Below are positions 15,501 to 29,674 of a DNA stretch of 64,000 bases, piece after piece. The stretch lies in the NCBI RefSeq assembly GCF_009914755.1, contig NC_060934.1; one strand, given 5' to 3'. How positions within the stretch are numbered: the stretch's first letter is position 1; every line of letters starts with the position of its first letter. This stretch comes from the human T2T-CHM13v2.0 reference genome, Homo sapiens. Under the pieces are notes generated by a model. It did not search any database. It saw nothing but the letters and a program-made list of their open reading frames with translations, and was not told the origin of the DNA. The translations under genes were made by a program, and so were the position numbers.

Positions 15501-17605
15501 TCCATTTCTTCCAGGTTTTCCAATTTGTTGGCATATAGATGTTAATAATAGTCTCTAATGATTCTTTGTGTTTATGGTCTCACTTGGTCTCACTTGTTTT
15601 GTCTCCTTTTCATTTCTGATTTTATTTGGGTCTTCACTTTTTTCTTAGTTTAGCTGAAGTTTTGTCGATTTTGTTTCTCTTTTCAAAAAACCAACTTTTT
15701 ATTTCATTGGTTTTCCGTAGTCTAAATTCTATTTATTTCTGCTCTGATCTTTATTATTTCTTTCCTTCTACTAATTTTGGGCTAGGTTTGTTCTTTTCTA
15801 GTTCTTTGAGGCACGTTATTAGATTATTTGAAGTCTTTCTGCTTTTTTGATGTAGGCATTTATTGCTATAACTTCCCTCTTACCGCTGCTTTTGCTGTAT
15901 TCTATAGATTGTGGTGTGTTACAGTTCCATTTTTAGTTGTTTCAAGAAATATTTAAATTTCCTTCTTAATTTCTTCATTGATCATTCAGATGTTGCTTAA
16001 TTTCCATGCATCTGTGTGTTTCCTGAACTACTTCTTGTTATTGATTTTTAATTTTGTTCCATTGTAGTCAGAAAAGATACTTCACATGATTTCTGCTTTT
16101 TTGAATTTGTTCAAAGATATAGTCTGTTCTGGAGAATGTTCCATGTCTGGATGAAAAGCATGTGTGTTCTGTGGCACTTGGGTGGGATGTTCTAGAAATG
16201 TCAGGCTGATTTCTTCTAGTGTGTAGTTTAACTCTGATGTTTCTTTGTTGATGTTTTTTTGTCTGGATGATCTGTCCTTTACTGAGAGTGGAGTGTTGAA
16301 GACCCCTATTGTTACTGTATTGCAGTCTATCTCTCCCTTTAGATCTATTAACATTTGCTTTTTATACTTGGCAGCGCTGGTCTTTTTTCTCCTTTAATTG
16401 TGTATCTTCAAATAGCCTCTTGAGTTCACTGATTCTTTCCTCTGTGTGATCCTTTCTGCTGTTGAGAGCCTCTAATGACTTTTTCAGTTCAGCAAATGTA
16501 TTTCTGAGTTCCAATATTTGATTTCTTATACTATTTCAATCTCTTTGTTAAATTTCTCCAATCTGTTTCTGAATTGCTTTTCTGTGTTATCTTGGTGATC
16601 ACTGAATTCACTTAAAATGGCTATTTTTGAATTCTTGGTTGGAGGGTTCCCAAATTGCTGTCTTGCTAGGGACAGTTGGTTCCTCACTTTGCTGTTAGAG
16701 GAGGCCTTGGCTCCCTGTTTGCTGTTGTTTCTTGTGGATGTGCATCTGTATATTTGCATTGAAGGATAGTTCTTTGTTCCAGTCTTTTCTTTTGGCCTTG
16801 TTTTCTGTTTTTCAAGCTCCCATGTTTGGATCTACTTGTTTTGGTTTTTATTATGTGTTTGCTTAGTGATTCTTTGTAATACATCTCTTGATTTTCTTTT
16901 TCTTTTTTTTTTTCCTGCTAGATTGCTGCCTCCTTTTCGGCACCAGCTGTCACCTTAAGCCCAGGTTTGCCTCGGTTCTAGTAACCAATCAGTATGCTGC
17001 CCCTCCTGCATGGGAGGCATCCCACAGGAGATATTCCAGTAGTGTGAGAAGGCTGGCTATGGGTTCATGCCCAGGTGACTTGTGGAATGAACCTCCTACA
17101 GCGTGGTGCTGCTGAACAGCTGTTTTGATTTGGCATCTCGTTTGGCTGAGTCACAGAGCAGAGTTTCTAGGGCTGGGAACAGTAGTCCCCCCTCCCCTCT
17201 TTGTCTCTGGCTGTCCTCAGGGATACTTCTTCCTTTACATACTCCCAAAACTGCCTGTAATTTGAGGCAGAGACAGGTCTCCTGCCAGAGATCCTACGAT
17301 GGTGGGAAGCTGGTTGTCCACCTTATTCTCTTTTTCCGGTGTAGTGATTGTGAGTCGGGGGGAAATTTTCTGCATTCTTGGTGCTGAGCATGTTGGTGAA
17401 AGGGGCATCATGGTTATGGAAGTTCGGTTTTCCTTTCCTGCTTAGATTTTCTCACTTCTCCATGGCCCTGAAACTGTCTCCTCCTCATTTTTGAATTCTG
17501 GGATATTGCTTGTGATAATCTCAGCACTTTGTATTTGTTTTTGGTTTTCTATGGGGCAGTTGAGTGAAGCCAGCTTGCTTCTACGCTGCCATTTTGGAAC
17601 TGGAA
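12560..17605 (-). mobile_element. Near full-length L1MA-type LINE, internally deleted and dead
   Basis: L1MA 3'UTR; ORF2 remnants in the ORF track (EN 16082-16354, RT 14678-15523); ORF1 N-terminus ~16500-16760; 5' end with YY1 gccattttg 17588-17596; probable TSD tgtgatag(c/t)a at 12547 and 17611. Confidence 0.9.
13033..13112 (-). mobile_element. 44-nt retroposed hairpin RNA (ERV1 LTR R-region-like) with A tail and TSD
   Basis: Body 13068-13111; decayed A tail 13033-13067; TSD at(a/t)tcattctt at 13022-13032 and 13113-13123, interrupting the L1 3'UTR. Confidence 0.75.
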
Positions 17606-17629
17606 GAATGTGTGATAGTACTTTGGAAG

Positions 17630-17870
17630 AAGGTCTAGTGTGCGCTGGTTAAGAGGCTGGGTTCTGGAGACCTAGGTTTGAATGATCTCTTTAGTGCATT
17701 GTGTCTTGAGCAATTTATTTAATTTGTCTGGGCCTCATTTCCTCATTTGTAAAATGGAGGTGGTGATAATACTCTACTTTGTAGGATTGTTGTGAGGATT
17801 GGCTCTGAGAACAGTGGCTGGCAAATACTAAGAGCTCAGTAAATATTAGCTATTTATTACCACCACCGCA
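17630..17870 (+). mobile_element. MIR
   Basis: gcctcatttcctcatttgtaaaatggag...gctcagtaaatattagctatt. Confidence 0.85.
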
Positions 17871-18283
17871 ACTACTATTATTGTTTCTACCACCACTTTG
17901 TCTGTTTATCTATTTTGTTTTAAAAATTAGTTATGTTCCTATATAATTATGTCGCATGCTAGTGGAATGATAGGCAGCTGAATATAAAATTGGAGCTCAA
18001 TAGATGAGACATAGAGATATGTTTTTTAAGACTGTTTGGCCTAAACCTTAGAGAAGAGCAGAAAAGACTAAGGATGAAGAATTAGGGAATACCCATAGTA
18101 AGGGTGCAGGAGGCAGAAAAGGAGCCAGTAAAAGAGTAGAGGGAGATTGTTTAGAGAAAAAAGGAAAACAAGGCACATATGTTAGTGTAGAGGTTATATG
18201 AATTGGGATTAGATTTAGTTGCAACCAAGTACCAGAGACTTAAATGTGATAGAAGTTCATGTCTGTTGAGTAAGAAATTCCAG

Positions 18284-20012
18284 CTCGCTCTCTCTCTCTC
18301 CCTCTCCCTCTCCCCACGGTCTCCCTCTCCCTCTCTTTCCACGGTCTCCCTCGCCCTCTTTCCACGGTCTCCCTCTGATGCCGAGCCGAAGCTGGACTGT
18401 ACTGCTGCCATCTCGGCTCACTGCAACCTCCCTGCCTGATTCTCCTGCCTCAGCCTGCCGAGTGCCTGCGATTGCAGGCGCGCGCCGCCACGCCTGACTG
18501 GTTTTCATATTTTTTTGGTGGAGACGGGGTTTCGCTGTGTTGGCCGGGCTGGTCTCCAGCTCCTAACCGCGAGTGGTCCGCCAGCCTCGGCCTCCCGAGG
18601 TGCCGGGATTGCAGACGGAGTCTTGTTCACTCAGTGCTCAATGTTGCCCAGGCTGGAGTGCAGTGGCGCCATCTCGGCTAGCTACGACCTCCACCTCCCA
18701 GCCGCCTGCCTTGGCCTCCCAAAGTGCTGAGATTGCAGCCTCTGCCCGGCCGCCACCCCGTCTGGGAAGTGAGGAGCGTCTCTGCCTGGCCGCCCATCGT
18801 CTGGGATGTGAGGAGCCCCTCTGCTCGGCTGCCCAATCTGGGAAGTGAGGAGCGCCTCTTCCCGGCCGCCATCCCGTCTAGGAAGTGAGGAGCGTCTCTG
18901 CCCGGCCGCCCAGTCTGGGAAGTGAGGAGCGCCTCTTCCCGGCCGCCATCCCGTCTAGGAAGTGAGGAGCGTCTCTGCCCAGCCGCCCATAGTCTGAGAT
19001 GCGGGGAGCGCCTCTGCCCCGCCACCCCGTCTGGGATGTGAGGAGCGCCTCTGCCCGGCCGCGACCCCGTCTGGGAGGTGAGGAGCGTCTCTGCTGGGCC
19101 GCCCCGTCTGAGAAGTGAGGAGCCCCTCCGCCTGGCAGCCGCCCCGTCTGAGAAGTGAGGAGCCCCTCCGCCCGGCAGCCGCCCCGTCTGAGAAGTGAGG
19201 AGCCCCTCCACCCGGCAGCCGCCCCGTCTGGGAAGTGAGGAGCGTCTCCGCCCGGCAGCCACCCCGTCCGGGAGGGAGGAGGGGGGTCAGCCCCTGCCCG
19301 GCCAGTCGCCCTGTCCGGGAGAGAGGTGGGGGGTCAGCCCCCACCCAGCCAGCCGCCCTGTCCGGGAGGGAGGTGGGGGCCCGCCTCCGCCCGGCCGCCG
19401 CCCCGTCCGGGAGGTGGGGGGCGCCTCTGCCCGGCCGCCCCTTCTGGGAAGTGAGGAGCCCCTATACCCGGCCACCACCCCATCTGGGAGGTGTACCCAA
19501 CAGCTCATTGAGAACGGGCCATGATGACAATGGCGGTTTTGTGGAATAGAAAAGGGGGAAAGGTGGGGAGAAGATAGAGAATTCAGATTGTTGCTGTGTC
19601 TGTGTAGAAAGAAGTAGACATGGGAGACTTCATTTTGTTCTGTACTAAGAAAAATTCTTCTGCCTTGGGATGCTGTTGATCTATGACCTTACCCCCAACC
19701 CTGTGCTCTCTGAAACATGTGCTGTGTCCACTCAGGGTTAAATGGATTAAGGGCGGTGCAACATGTGCTTTGTTAAACAGATGTTTGAAGGCAGCAGACT
19801 CGTTAAAGAGTCATCACCACTCCCTAATCTCAAGTACCCAGGGACACAAACACTGCGGAAGGCCGCAGGGTCCTCTGCCTAAGAAAACCAGAGACCTTTG
19901 TTCACTTGTTTGTCTGCTGACCTTCCCTCCAGTATTGTCCTATGACCCTGCCAAATCCCCCTCTGCGAGAAACACCCAAGAATGATCAATTAAAAAAAAA
20001 AAAAAAAAAAAA
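18284..20012 (+). mobile_element. SVA retrotransposon (SVA_C-like), full structure
   Basis: CCCTCT hexamer head; antisense Alu-like domain; VNTR ~18740-19490; SINE-R; A tail 19992-20012; SINE-R variants aagatagag and gggatgctgttgatctatg. Confidence 0.97.
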
Positions 20013-20199
20013 AGAAGTTTAGACACAACAGCTGACCAGCCTTAATGTTGAAACAGTGATCATAAGACAGACAGAATGGACTGTTTGTGGCAATAAGATA
20101 CCAAATTATAAACAGGATCTAAGGTCATGCCAAGTAAGGATTGAGTTACACACTCCTGCACTTAAAGAATAAACTGTTTTACATCAAAAAAAAAAAAAA
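20013..20199 (+). other. SVA 3' transduction containing an ERV1-LTR-like fragment
   Basis: Lies between two A tails; AATAAA at 20168-20173; TSD aagaaattccag at 18272-18283 and 20200-20211 encloses SVA plus this segment. Confidence 0.92.
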
Positions 20200-20299
20200 A
20201 AGAAATTCCAGAAGTAGTCAGTTTAGGACTCACGTGGTTTGCCGTGGTGTCACGTTTCCCCACTGTGTTCAGATTCTATTATTTTCCAAAGACACTTTA

Positions 20300-21050
20300 G
20301 GGTCTAAGAGAGCTACTAGCTTCAGCTTTTTCACATACATTGCAATCATCAGAAGGAGAAAGAGAAGGACACATCTCACTTCCTTTAAGGATACTTCCTG
20401 GAAGTTATATTACAGGTTGAGTATCCCTTATCAATATGCTTAGATCCAGAGAACGGTTTCACATTGTTTTCACATTTTGGAATGTTTGCATTACTCTGTG
20501 GATATCATGCAGGCCTTTTTGATACTTTCAACCATATCGTTATACTACAGAGCAGAGAATAAGCAAAAAAAAAAAAAAAAAAAAAGGAAGAAAGAGCATA
20601 GTGAGTAATAGTAAGGCAGTACATCTTAGCCCCATGTGAGGCATTGTGGGGAGCCTCCCATTGGTGTATCCAGCGTGTACACGTGTCATTTTATTACCCT
20701 TTGTGGGCATGCTTGTATGGAGGAATCTGGTGTGTGCAGATATATATTGCAGCTGATGGCAGCTGGGAGGGTCTTTCTTTCCTTGGGGACACTGAATAAA
20801 CTATGTGTTGGGTACCTGCATTGTGACTGCAACCTGTCACATGAGATCAGGTTTGGAATTTTTTACTTGTGGCATCATGTTGACACTCAGAACATTTTAG
20901 ATTTTGTAGCATTATAGATTTTGGATTAGGGAGTTCCGTGTATACTACTTTTGCTCATATTCCATTGGTCAAACTTAGCCACATAGCCACACCTTGCTGC
21001 TGGAGAGGCTGGGAAATGTAGACTTTATTTTGAATGGTCAGTGCCTGGCC
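20300..21050 (-). mobile_element. MLT1J/K-like MaLR LTR split by Tigger4
   Basis: acttcctttaaggatacttcctggaag...tattccattggtcaaacttagccacatagccacacc...ggctgggaaatgtag. Confidence 0.7.
20413..20940. mobile_element. Tigger4 internal-deletion derivative
   Basis: TA-caggttgagtatccc start; Tigger4-type end followed by TA. Confidence 0.8.
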
Positions 21051-21929
21051 GTTCAAATAAAGAGCAGGAACAGTGAGAATAATCCCAGTGTAGCTAGATG
21101 AAGAATACAGGGTAGATAACAGTTAATTGTCTTTAGGACAGTTTAATTCATTATTGATTATTCTTGATAGAGTTTTTATAATTACTGAACTATGAGTACA
21201 AATTCACTCTTGTCAAATTGCATCAACAGGATGTTGTTTTTAGGATGTAATCTCTTCATGAATCCTTGCTTAATTAGGATTATCAGTTTCTCATAAAGAA
21301 AAAAATATCCGTATATATACGTATGTATGTGTTTATGTGCATGTGTGTGTATACATCCCCCCATTTAACATTAGTGTTGGCCAAAATTATTTCATGTGAC
21401 AACAGTGTGAAGTAAAACTGATGGTAAATAAGCTGCTGATAACCCTCTTCTGTTGTTTTAAGCCTGTAATTTTACCCAGTCTTCTATTTGGAAATACTCT
21501 CCAATTTGGTTGTTTTTTTGGCCAATGTTTTTAATCTGTCTCTGTCCTTTTATATTACTACTCTGTCTCACTGCTGTTAATTATACTTCCTAAAATAGAT
21601 AAATGAGCAGATTTAATTAAATGTGTTATTTGCACTGTCTCCTGATCATTAATGAATTTGTAAGTAAGGTCAGACCTATAATCTTTCTAGTATTACAATT
21701 CCTGAATCTTTACTGTCTACTCAATTGGTAATTATTTGCTTAAATTTTTTTTATTTTTGAAGCTTCTATATTTTGTGTGTTTGTGCTCTTTCACTATTAG
21801 AAATATAAAGATCTTCTAACAAAAAGGAAACTTTTTCTGTAGGATGTTCTGTCCCTTTCGGTTGAAAATGTTTTCTTTAGACATGTTTTTGAATGATGAA
21901 CAATTAAGTTTATATGTTGCTATTTGGCT

Positions 21930-24200
21930 TTTTAAAAATAATTTAAAATATTTTATCAATAGATGTAGAGTTTAAAATAAACATGTTTTAAAAAGTCCAA
22001 TAGTGGAAAAAAAAAGGATTTATAACAAAATATAGTGAGTCATTTTTGTCCCACCACTCCCCACTCTCTCTAGTCCTCTCCCTAAAAGTAACTACTTTCA
22101 ACTCCTTAAGCTATTTCTTCTGGCATCAACATATCTCTGTATTTAAAAATAATGTATGTACAATGCTATCTTTTGATTTACTGGTTTTTTTTTTTTCATT
22201 ATATTTGGAGTTTCTATTATGGTAGAGAAAGTTTTAGTGTTATTAAATACCATCTCCACTGCTGCTTCTCCCTAGCTTCTTAATTTAGTTATATTAAAAT
22301 ATTTGGTTAAGTCTAATAGTTAATGTTATATTTACATTACTATGCCTGTGCAAATTTTATTTGCTGATAGTGTCTTAAATAGCCCCTCGGTGCAGTTTTC
22401 CACAAGGTCAATCACAGTAATCTGTCAGTTTGAATTTTTTTTTTTTTTTTAATTCTTGGAAATTTCTCTTCTAGAGACTTCCAGTGTCCTACTATTGAAG
22501 CCTGCACCTGCTGCATTGCTGTTTTCCTGGTATGATTTCCACTTGTTGTTATCCTTAGATTTTTCTCTCCTGGGTTTGGTTCTCCGAATATCGTTAGAAC
22601 TCATATCTTCTTCAGACTTCATTTACCTCTTGCTTAGGTGGATCACATCCTCTAGTAGTTGTGTTGGATTCAAAAGATGGTACCATGCCAGAGAGCATGA
22701 GGATGACAGCCTTCAGCATGCCTGCCCTCTCACATAGCTTCAATCTGGATTGGTTGCCTTCTGCTGCTGGTGCACAGTTACCATCCTAGAGTCCCATTCG
22801 CTGGTATTCCTTCACTTCTCTCTTGTGTTGGATATCTTGTTTTCCATATCTCATCTCTTCTTTCCTTTGGTTTGTTTCCTTGTTTGTTGTCAAAGGATGA
22901 TGAGACCATCACTATCTAAAATATCTAATGGGCACAATGTCCTGGAACAAAGCAAATTGCTAGTTTTATATAGTGTTTTGGGGGAGTGTGGTGCTCAGGG
23001 ATTAGAAAATTTTAAGAGGCAGCAGAAGCAGATTAACATAATCTATAGAGGAATGATTACGTGGGTGAGACCGTTGTTGATTGGTTGGCACTTGGGTATT
23101 TTATGGTAGTGACTTTCTTCCTAACTTTAAATTGACTGACTTTCAGAAGTAAGGGGCTAAGCTAACACTGATTGGCTTGTAAAAGAAAAGTAAGTTGTTT
23201 TTACAATCGAATGGGTGTAAGTAGTCTTTGGTAACTTTTTACTATAGTTACAAACACTCAGTCTTTCCTAAATTTGTAAGAACTTTAAAATTCTCAATCT
23301 TCTAGTAACTTTCTAGGAAACCGTACATGGTAGATAATTTTTTGAGCCTTTCCATGTCTGAAAATATTTTTGGTTTCTATTTTCACATTTGATTAATATA
23401 GTTTGGGTAAGTGTAAATTCTAGATTGGAAATATTTTTCTTCAGAATTTTGAAGGCATAGTTTCTTTTTTCTCCTCATCCTTTGTTGCTTTTGAGAAGTC
23501 TTAAGCCAATGTGAACCCTCTTCTTTCATTTGGATCTTTTCACTGGAAACTTGTTAGATCTCTGCTTTGTCCCCAGTGTTCTGAAGTTTCACAGTGATGT
23601 GCTTTGGTGTGGGTCTGTGTTTATTTTTATCCACTGTCCTGGGTGCTTGTGGGTACCTTTCAGTATAGAACAGTTGGCATTTTTCTGGGACCTGGTGTAT
23701 GGAATGGGGGTGGGGCGATAGATTTTAGGTTCAATATGCTTACTTAATCACCCAATTTTAAAGACCACTGCACTTCCAGTCAGCCCCTGATCCATAGATG
23801 GTCTATTCTGCATTTTAGAGATAATCCCAAACTTTCTTTCACAGAGGAGGAGGGGATCTCAGGATCGCTCCTTTCACCCAGTGCCCTCCCGGCATTTCAC
23901 TTCCAGTTCCAGAGTTGGTATGGCCAGTCCCTGACTCTCATGAGGATTTCTGATGGTAAATTGGGTTGAGTGGCAGCTTTCTCTACTGCTGGTTTGGAAT
24001 TTGGCTTTTTAAGTTCTGCTACACATTGAGCATTCATCAATATATAACTTCCAAAGCTTTGTTACTTTTTTTCTCTTCTCTGCTGTCTATCCTTGTGGAT
24101 TTATGTTTTAAGACAAAACAAATTGACTTATTTCAGTAGAATTTTTGGAGAGAAGCAAAATTATATGTGTAGGTGTATTCCATTCTTTTAACACAAAAAC
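21930..24200 (-). mobile_element. Old HAL1/L1ME-type LINE fragments with a probable LTR insert (~22889-23296)
   Basis: T-rich ORF1-like antisense sequence (ttcagaattttgaaggc...gagaagtc); intervening block begins TG and ends CA. Confidence 0.5.
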
Positions 24201-25191
24201 AGCTATAAGACTAACTGGATATTCTTATGTGAAATAATATTACAATAGTATTACATGATTATTATACTTCTGATATGTGAAAGGTAGAGGAAGAGAATAT
24301 GTTGCTGAAATGCAGTAACTAAGCATAGGTCTGCAGAGAGGGCACTGCTACAGAAAAGGAATAGTTATACCTTCCTTGATTGTGAGCTATTCCTTTAATT
24401 TCTAAAAATCATCATTGGAAAACCCACAAAAATGTTACGTCTGTATTGTAAGAAAACTAGAATACGCTGATAAACATGAGGAAGAAAATAAGAATCACTT
24501 TAATTACACTACCCAGAGCTGCCCACTATTAACAGATCAGTGTATATATTTTTCTAGTCTTTGTTTATGCATTTGCCTATGTATTTGTGGACGTATGTTT
24601 AAATGGGGCATACTATATGCATTATTTTGTTCCTTCCCCCATTTTTTCCAACCATAAATGGCTCTTGAGTCGAGAATTTTTTTGCACAGAATCCTAGAGA
24701 TTATATTCTCATTAATAATATCTAACTCCCATTTACTTGATTGTACATTATGTGCCAGGCACTGTGCTGACTGACATCTTTGTTTTTCTGTTTAATTTAT
24801 GTTGACATTATTTCAGACCACAGAAAAATTCCGAGAGTGGTACAGAGAGTTCACCCAAATACCCAAAATGTTAACATTTTACTGCATTCCCTTTCTTATT
24901 TCTCTCTCGTGAGAGTAAAATGTAGATCTTACTCCCTTTTATACCTAAATAGTTAAGTGTGCACTTTCTAAAAACAAGGACATTCTTGTATATAAGCCAC
25001 AGTATAGTTGTTAAAATCAGGAAATTAACGTTGATTTAATATTAATTAAGTAACCTACAGACATTCAGATTTTACTCATTGGCCCATTGTACTTTATAGC
25101 AAAAGAAAATTCCAGGTCATGAGTGCACTCAGTTGTCATATCTCTAGTTTCCTTTAATCTGGTGCAGTTCCTGTTTTTTTCATGACATTGA

Positions 25192-25489
25192 CTTTTTTTT
25201 TTTTTTGGAGATGGGGGTCTCACTGTTGCCCAGGCTGGAGTACAGTGGTGTGATCATGGCTCACTGCAGCCTTGAACTCCTGGGCTCAAGCAATCCTCCT
25301 GCCTGAGCCTCCTGAGTAGCTGGCACTACAGGCATGCACCACCACACCTGGCTAATTTCTTATTTTTTGTAGAGACAGATTCTCCCTGTGTTGCCCAGGC
25401 TGGTCTCAGACTCCTGGGCTCAAGTGATCCTCTTGCCTTGGCCTTCCAAAAAGTGTTGGGATTACAGGTGTGAGCCACTGCATCCAGCC
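25192..25489 (-). mobile_element. AluJ
   Basis: J-type gatcatggctcactgcagcc, ctgggctcaag; TSD acattga. Confidence 0.92.
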
Positions 25490-26642
25490 AACATTGATAT
25501 TTCCAAAGACTGCAAGACAGTTATTTTGTAGAACATGTGCAGTTTGGGTTCATCTGATGTTTTCTCATGGTTTAATTAAGGTTATTCATTTTTGGCAGGA
25601 ATACCGCAAAGTATTGTTATGCTTTTACATCATATCAGGAGGCACAAGATGTTCAAATACTGGTAATATGATTTTGGATCACTTGATTGTTACTGTTTTT
25701 CCTTTTGTAATTTTTTTGTGGTAAAATATACATCATTTATTTTTATGTTTAACCATTTTTAAGTGTATAGCTTAGTGGCATTATATTCTCTTTCTATTCA
25801 TAGTCACAGTCCCTTTGTAATTTTAAAGTATTTTGTGTAAAAATACGTAGATACTTGGTAAATATCCTGTCACTGTTTGAACTTTCACTCACTAATTTTA
25901 GTATCCATTTGTTGTAAACATCTTGTTACTCCTTGAACTTTTGCTCACTAATTTTAGTATCCATTGGTGATTTCTGCCTAATTTTCATAATGGTCCTTAA
26001 TTGGTGATATTCTAATTCCATTATTCCTTCTACACTTATTTATAATAGTACTTTATTTATTTTGACACTGTCCCTGACTTGGCCAGTAGGAGCCCCTTCA
26101 GTTCTTTTGACATGCCCCTGTCATTCTTTGAGCATGTATTCTAGGCTCATCTTGCATGTTCCCAGCCCCAGCCTTGGAATAAGGAATTTCTTCTCAGAGC
26201 CCTGGTTCCTTTTAATAATGACTTTAAAAGCCACAGTCTGGACTCTAGATGTCCTGGTTGCAACTGTTATTGCTTCTAGGCCTTCTCAGCTGACATCTGG
26301 GAAATAGGTATATGTGAGAGGAGGAAATGTGTGTGTTTGTATGTGTGCACACACTAGTACATCTTTATTAAAAGCAGTGAGTTTATACAGATACCTCAGA
26401 TTCTGACCCAACACTACAGGGTTTATTCTTTCCTTTCCTCATTCCTTATTTATAGCTCTGTTTTCCAACAATGAGAAACCTGGCCCTATTACTCATATTT
26501 TTGCTTATTGGTTCAACTCTAGAATATAAGAAAATAGTTTAAGAATTGTTAACTCATACCACCACTTAAAAGATACCTCGTAAGTAGAATTCAATGTTTG
26601 TTTATAGTGTTTTTCGTTTAGCCTAAGGGCAGGTAGTCTAAA

Positions 26643-26912
26643 TCTGTGCTGTGTAATAATAGGGTAGCTACTAGCCACATGAATAGAGATGTGTTACAAG
26701 TGTAAAATGTACATTGGATTTGAAAACTTACTACAAAATAAATATGAGATATCTCACTGATATTTTAATAATAGTTTATGTTGATTATGTGTTGAAATAT
26801 TTTAAGTGTATTAGATAAAATATATTAATAAAATTAATTTCACTTTAATGTGGCTACTAGAAAATATTAAATTACATATGTGGCTCCATTATATTTCTAT
26901 TAGAATGTGCTG
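26643..26912. mobile_element. MER33-like hAT-Charlie element
   Basis: gtagctactagccacatg...aatgtggctactagaaaat...tatatttctattagaatgtgctg. Confidence 0.75.
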
Positions 26913-29031
26913 ATATAAAAACCGTGTTCAAAAGTTACTTGGATTAATTTTCCTTCTCTAACATTCTTTCCCTTCTCCCTGGGGTTATGTTACTCATTTG
27001 AAATACAGTGTACTTCATTTATTTCTGTTTGTATTCTGTCTTTTTCACTTGATCCTAATTGATCTTATTTATTCTTCAGTATGTGAAACATCAACATGTT
27101 TCCAAAAGTCAGAACTCTACAAAAATGTTTATACTCAGGGCACTGTCACCCATTCCTTCTGTCCTTCACACTCTAACCTGACCTCTGTAGGTTACCAATC
27201 TCATGATTCCACCAGTTATCCTTCATGTGTTTTTCCCCCCTCAGGATTGAGGAGATAGATGCACATTTTCTAATTTGTCTTTCATTCTTACACAAAAGGT
27301 AGCATACTATAGATACTCTTTTGTACTCTTATGCTGTTTCTAATATTTTGAATTTACAAAAAGTGCTGCAACTTTGTCCATATGTATTTTGGTATGTTGG
27401 AGGTGTATTTTTGGGTAAATTTTCAAAATGGAATGGTTGGGCCAAAAGTTAAAAGCATATGTAGTTTTCTTAAATATTGCTAAATCCCTTTCTGCAGAGG
27501 TTGTACGAATTTGAATTCCCATCAGCAGGGTATGAGAGGGTTAGTTTCCCCACAACCTCATCATCAGAGTGTGTTGGCATACTTTTTAATTTTTGCTAAC
27601 TTGATAGGTAAGAAATAGTATCTCAATATAGTTTTAATGTTTGTTTCTCTTGTTATTAGTGAAGTTGAACATCTTTTCATATGTTTAAGGGTCATTTTTA
27701 TATCTTTTTGTGTGAAATATATCTTCATTTTTCCATCAGGTTTTTGGTCCCCTCCCCTTTCTCAGTTGTTAGGAGTTTTTAATATATTAGGAATATTAGC
27801 TCTTTACTGGTGATGTATGTTACAAATATTTTCTCCCAGTTTGTAGTGTTTGTGCGTAGGTATGAATGTTTAGACCTTTATGTAGTCCAGTTTTAGAGTT
27901 TTTTGTTTTATCTGAATTTTGGATTAAATTTAGAGGCTTTCCTTGGACCCATGGTAAATAACTCACCTGTGTTTTCTTCTAATACTTCTGTAGTTTTAGT
28001 TGTTAATTTGGATCCTTGATCCATTTGGAGGTACGGTTTCTTTAAAAATGAATAAAAAGACGAATTTTGCCCCAGTGTTCTTTGATATGCTACCTTTATC
28101 ATATATGAAATTTCCATTTGGTTTACTTCTGGACTTTCTATTTCTGTGCCATTATCACACACTTTCAATTATAGAGGCTTAATAGTATATCAAGGGCTAG
28201 CTTTTAAAATTTTTAGTGTTTTCCTGACTATTCTTGCATGTCTGTTTTTCTGTTGAACTTTAGTATCAGCTTTTCTGTCTCAATGAAAAAGCTTGCAGGT
28301 GTTTTTATTGGGGTTATGTTAAATTTATAAATTAACATGGAAGACTGACTTTTTAATGCTGTTGTTTTGTGCTGAGATTTCTGTCCAAGAACAAAGAATA
28401 TCTTTCCATTTGTTCAGATCTACTTTTGTGTCTTTCAGGAATGTTTTAAAGTTTTCTTCGTATTTAACTCCTCGATAAATTCTCCTTTTTTTTTTCAGCT
28501 CAATAATATGCCTTGTAGATCTTTCTTTTGTATGTCTGCATGATTTTCTACAGTGTGGATGTACCATAATTTATTTAACCTGGCTGATATTGGTGGACAT
28601 TAAAGTTATTTAAAATTTTTCACTATTGTAAACAGTTCTGGAATAAGTAAATATCCTTGTAGAAGTCTAGTTACTTCCTTATGATAAATTTATCAAAGGA
28701 GAATTGCCTCATCAAAGGTCTTTTGACACATAAAAGTTTCTGAAACATATTGTTAACAGCTTTCCATATTAATAAAATGTATACCTCCACTAACACTGTG
28801 TTTGAGCCCTATTCTGTTGACATTCAGCAAAACAGAACCTTATTGCTCTTTTTTAATATTTGCCAGTTTGATAGCAAAACAAAATATGTTTATATTGCAT
28901 TTCTTTGCTAACTGATGAGTTTTATTTTTTATCCATCTACCATTCAGCTGGCCAGCATATACTTACTGAGTATCCACCATGTTCTGTAAGCTATCCCATG
29001 TATTAAAACTGTAGTGATGACTAGAAGTTGA

Positions 29032-29457
<426 letters not shown>

Positions 29458-29674
29458 TGAGAATGACAGAAGATGGCATTTCCTTATTCCATTTGGTTGA
29501 TGAGCTTCTAAAAAGTGCTTTTGTATGTGTGTCTTCATTGCACATTCTATGGCAAATCACTGTGTTAAACTCTTAGATTTACAAAGTGAGACAATGAAAG
29601 TTAAGTGCCTAGACAGGTGTCAAAGAAATAACTGTGTATTTTTATAAAAATAACTTATTATTACTATTTTTCAG

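Noticed and set aside
18740-19490. CRISPR-like repeat array
   Set aside because: It is the SVA VNTR in eukaryotic DNA and has no unique spacers.
18151-19985. Many overlapping ORFs up to 194 aa
   Set aside because: All are translations of the SVA hexamer, Alu-like, VNTR or SINE-R parts.
25858-25969. ~56-bp tandem duplication
   Set aside because: Ordinary slippage duplication inside an old L1; the ~25-bp duplication near 44262-44312 is the same kind.
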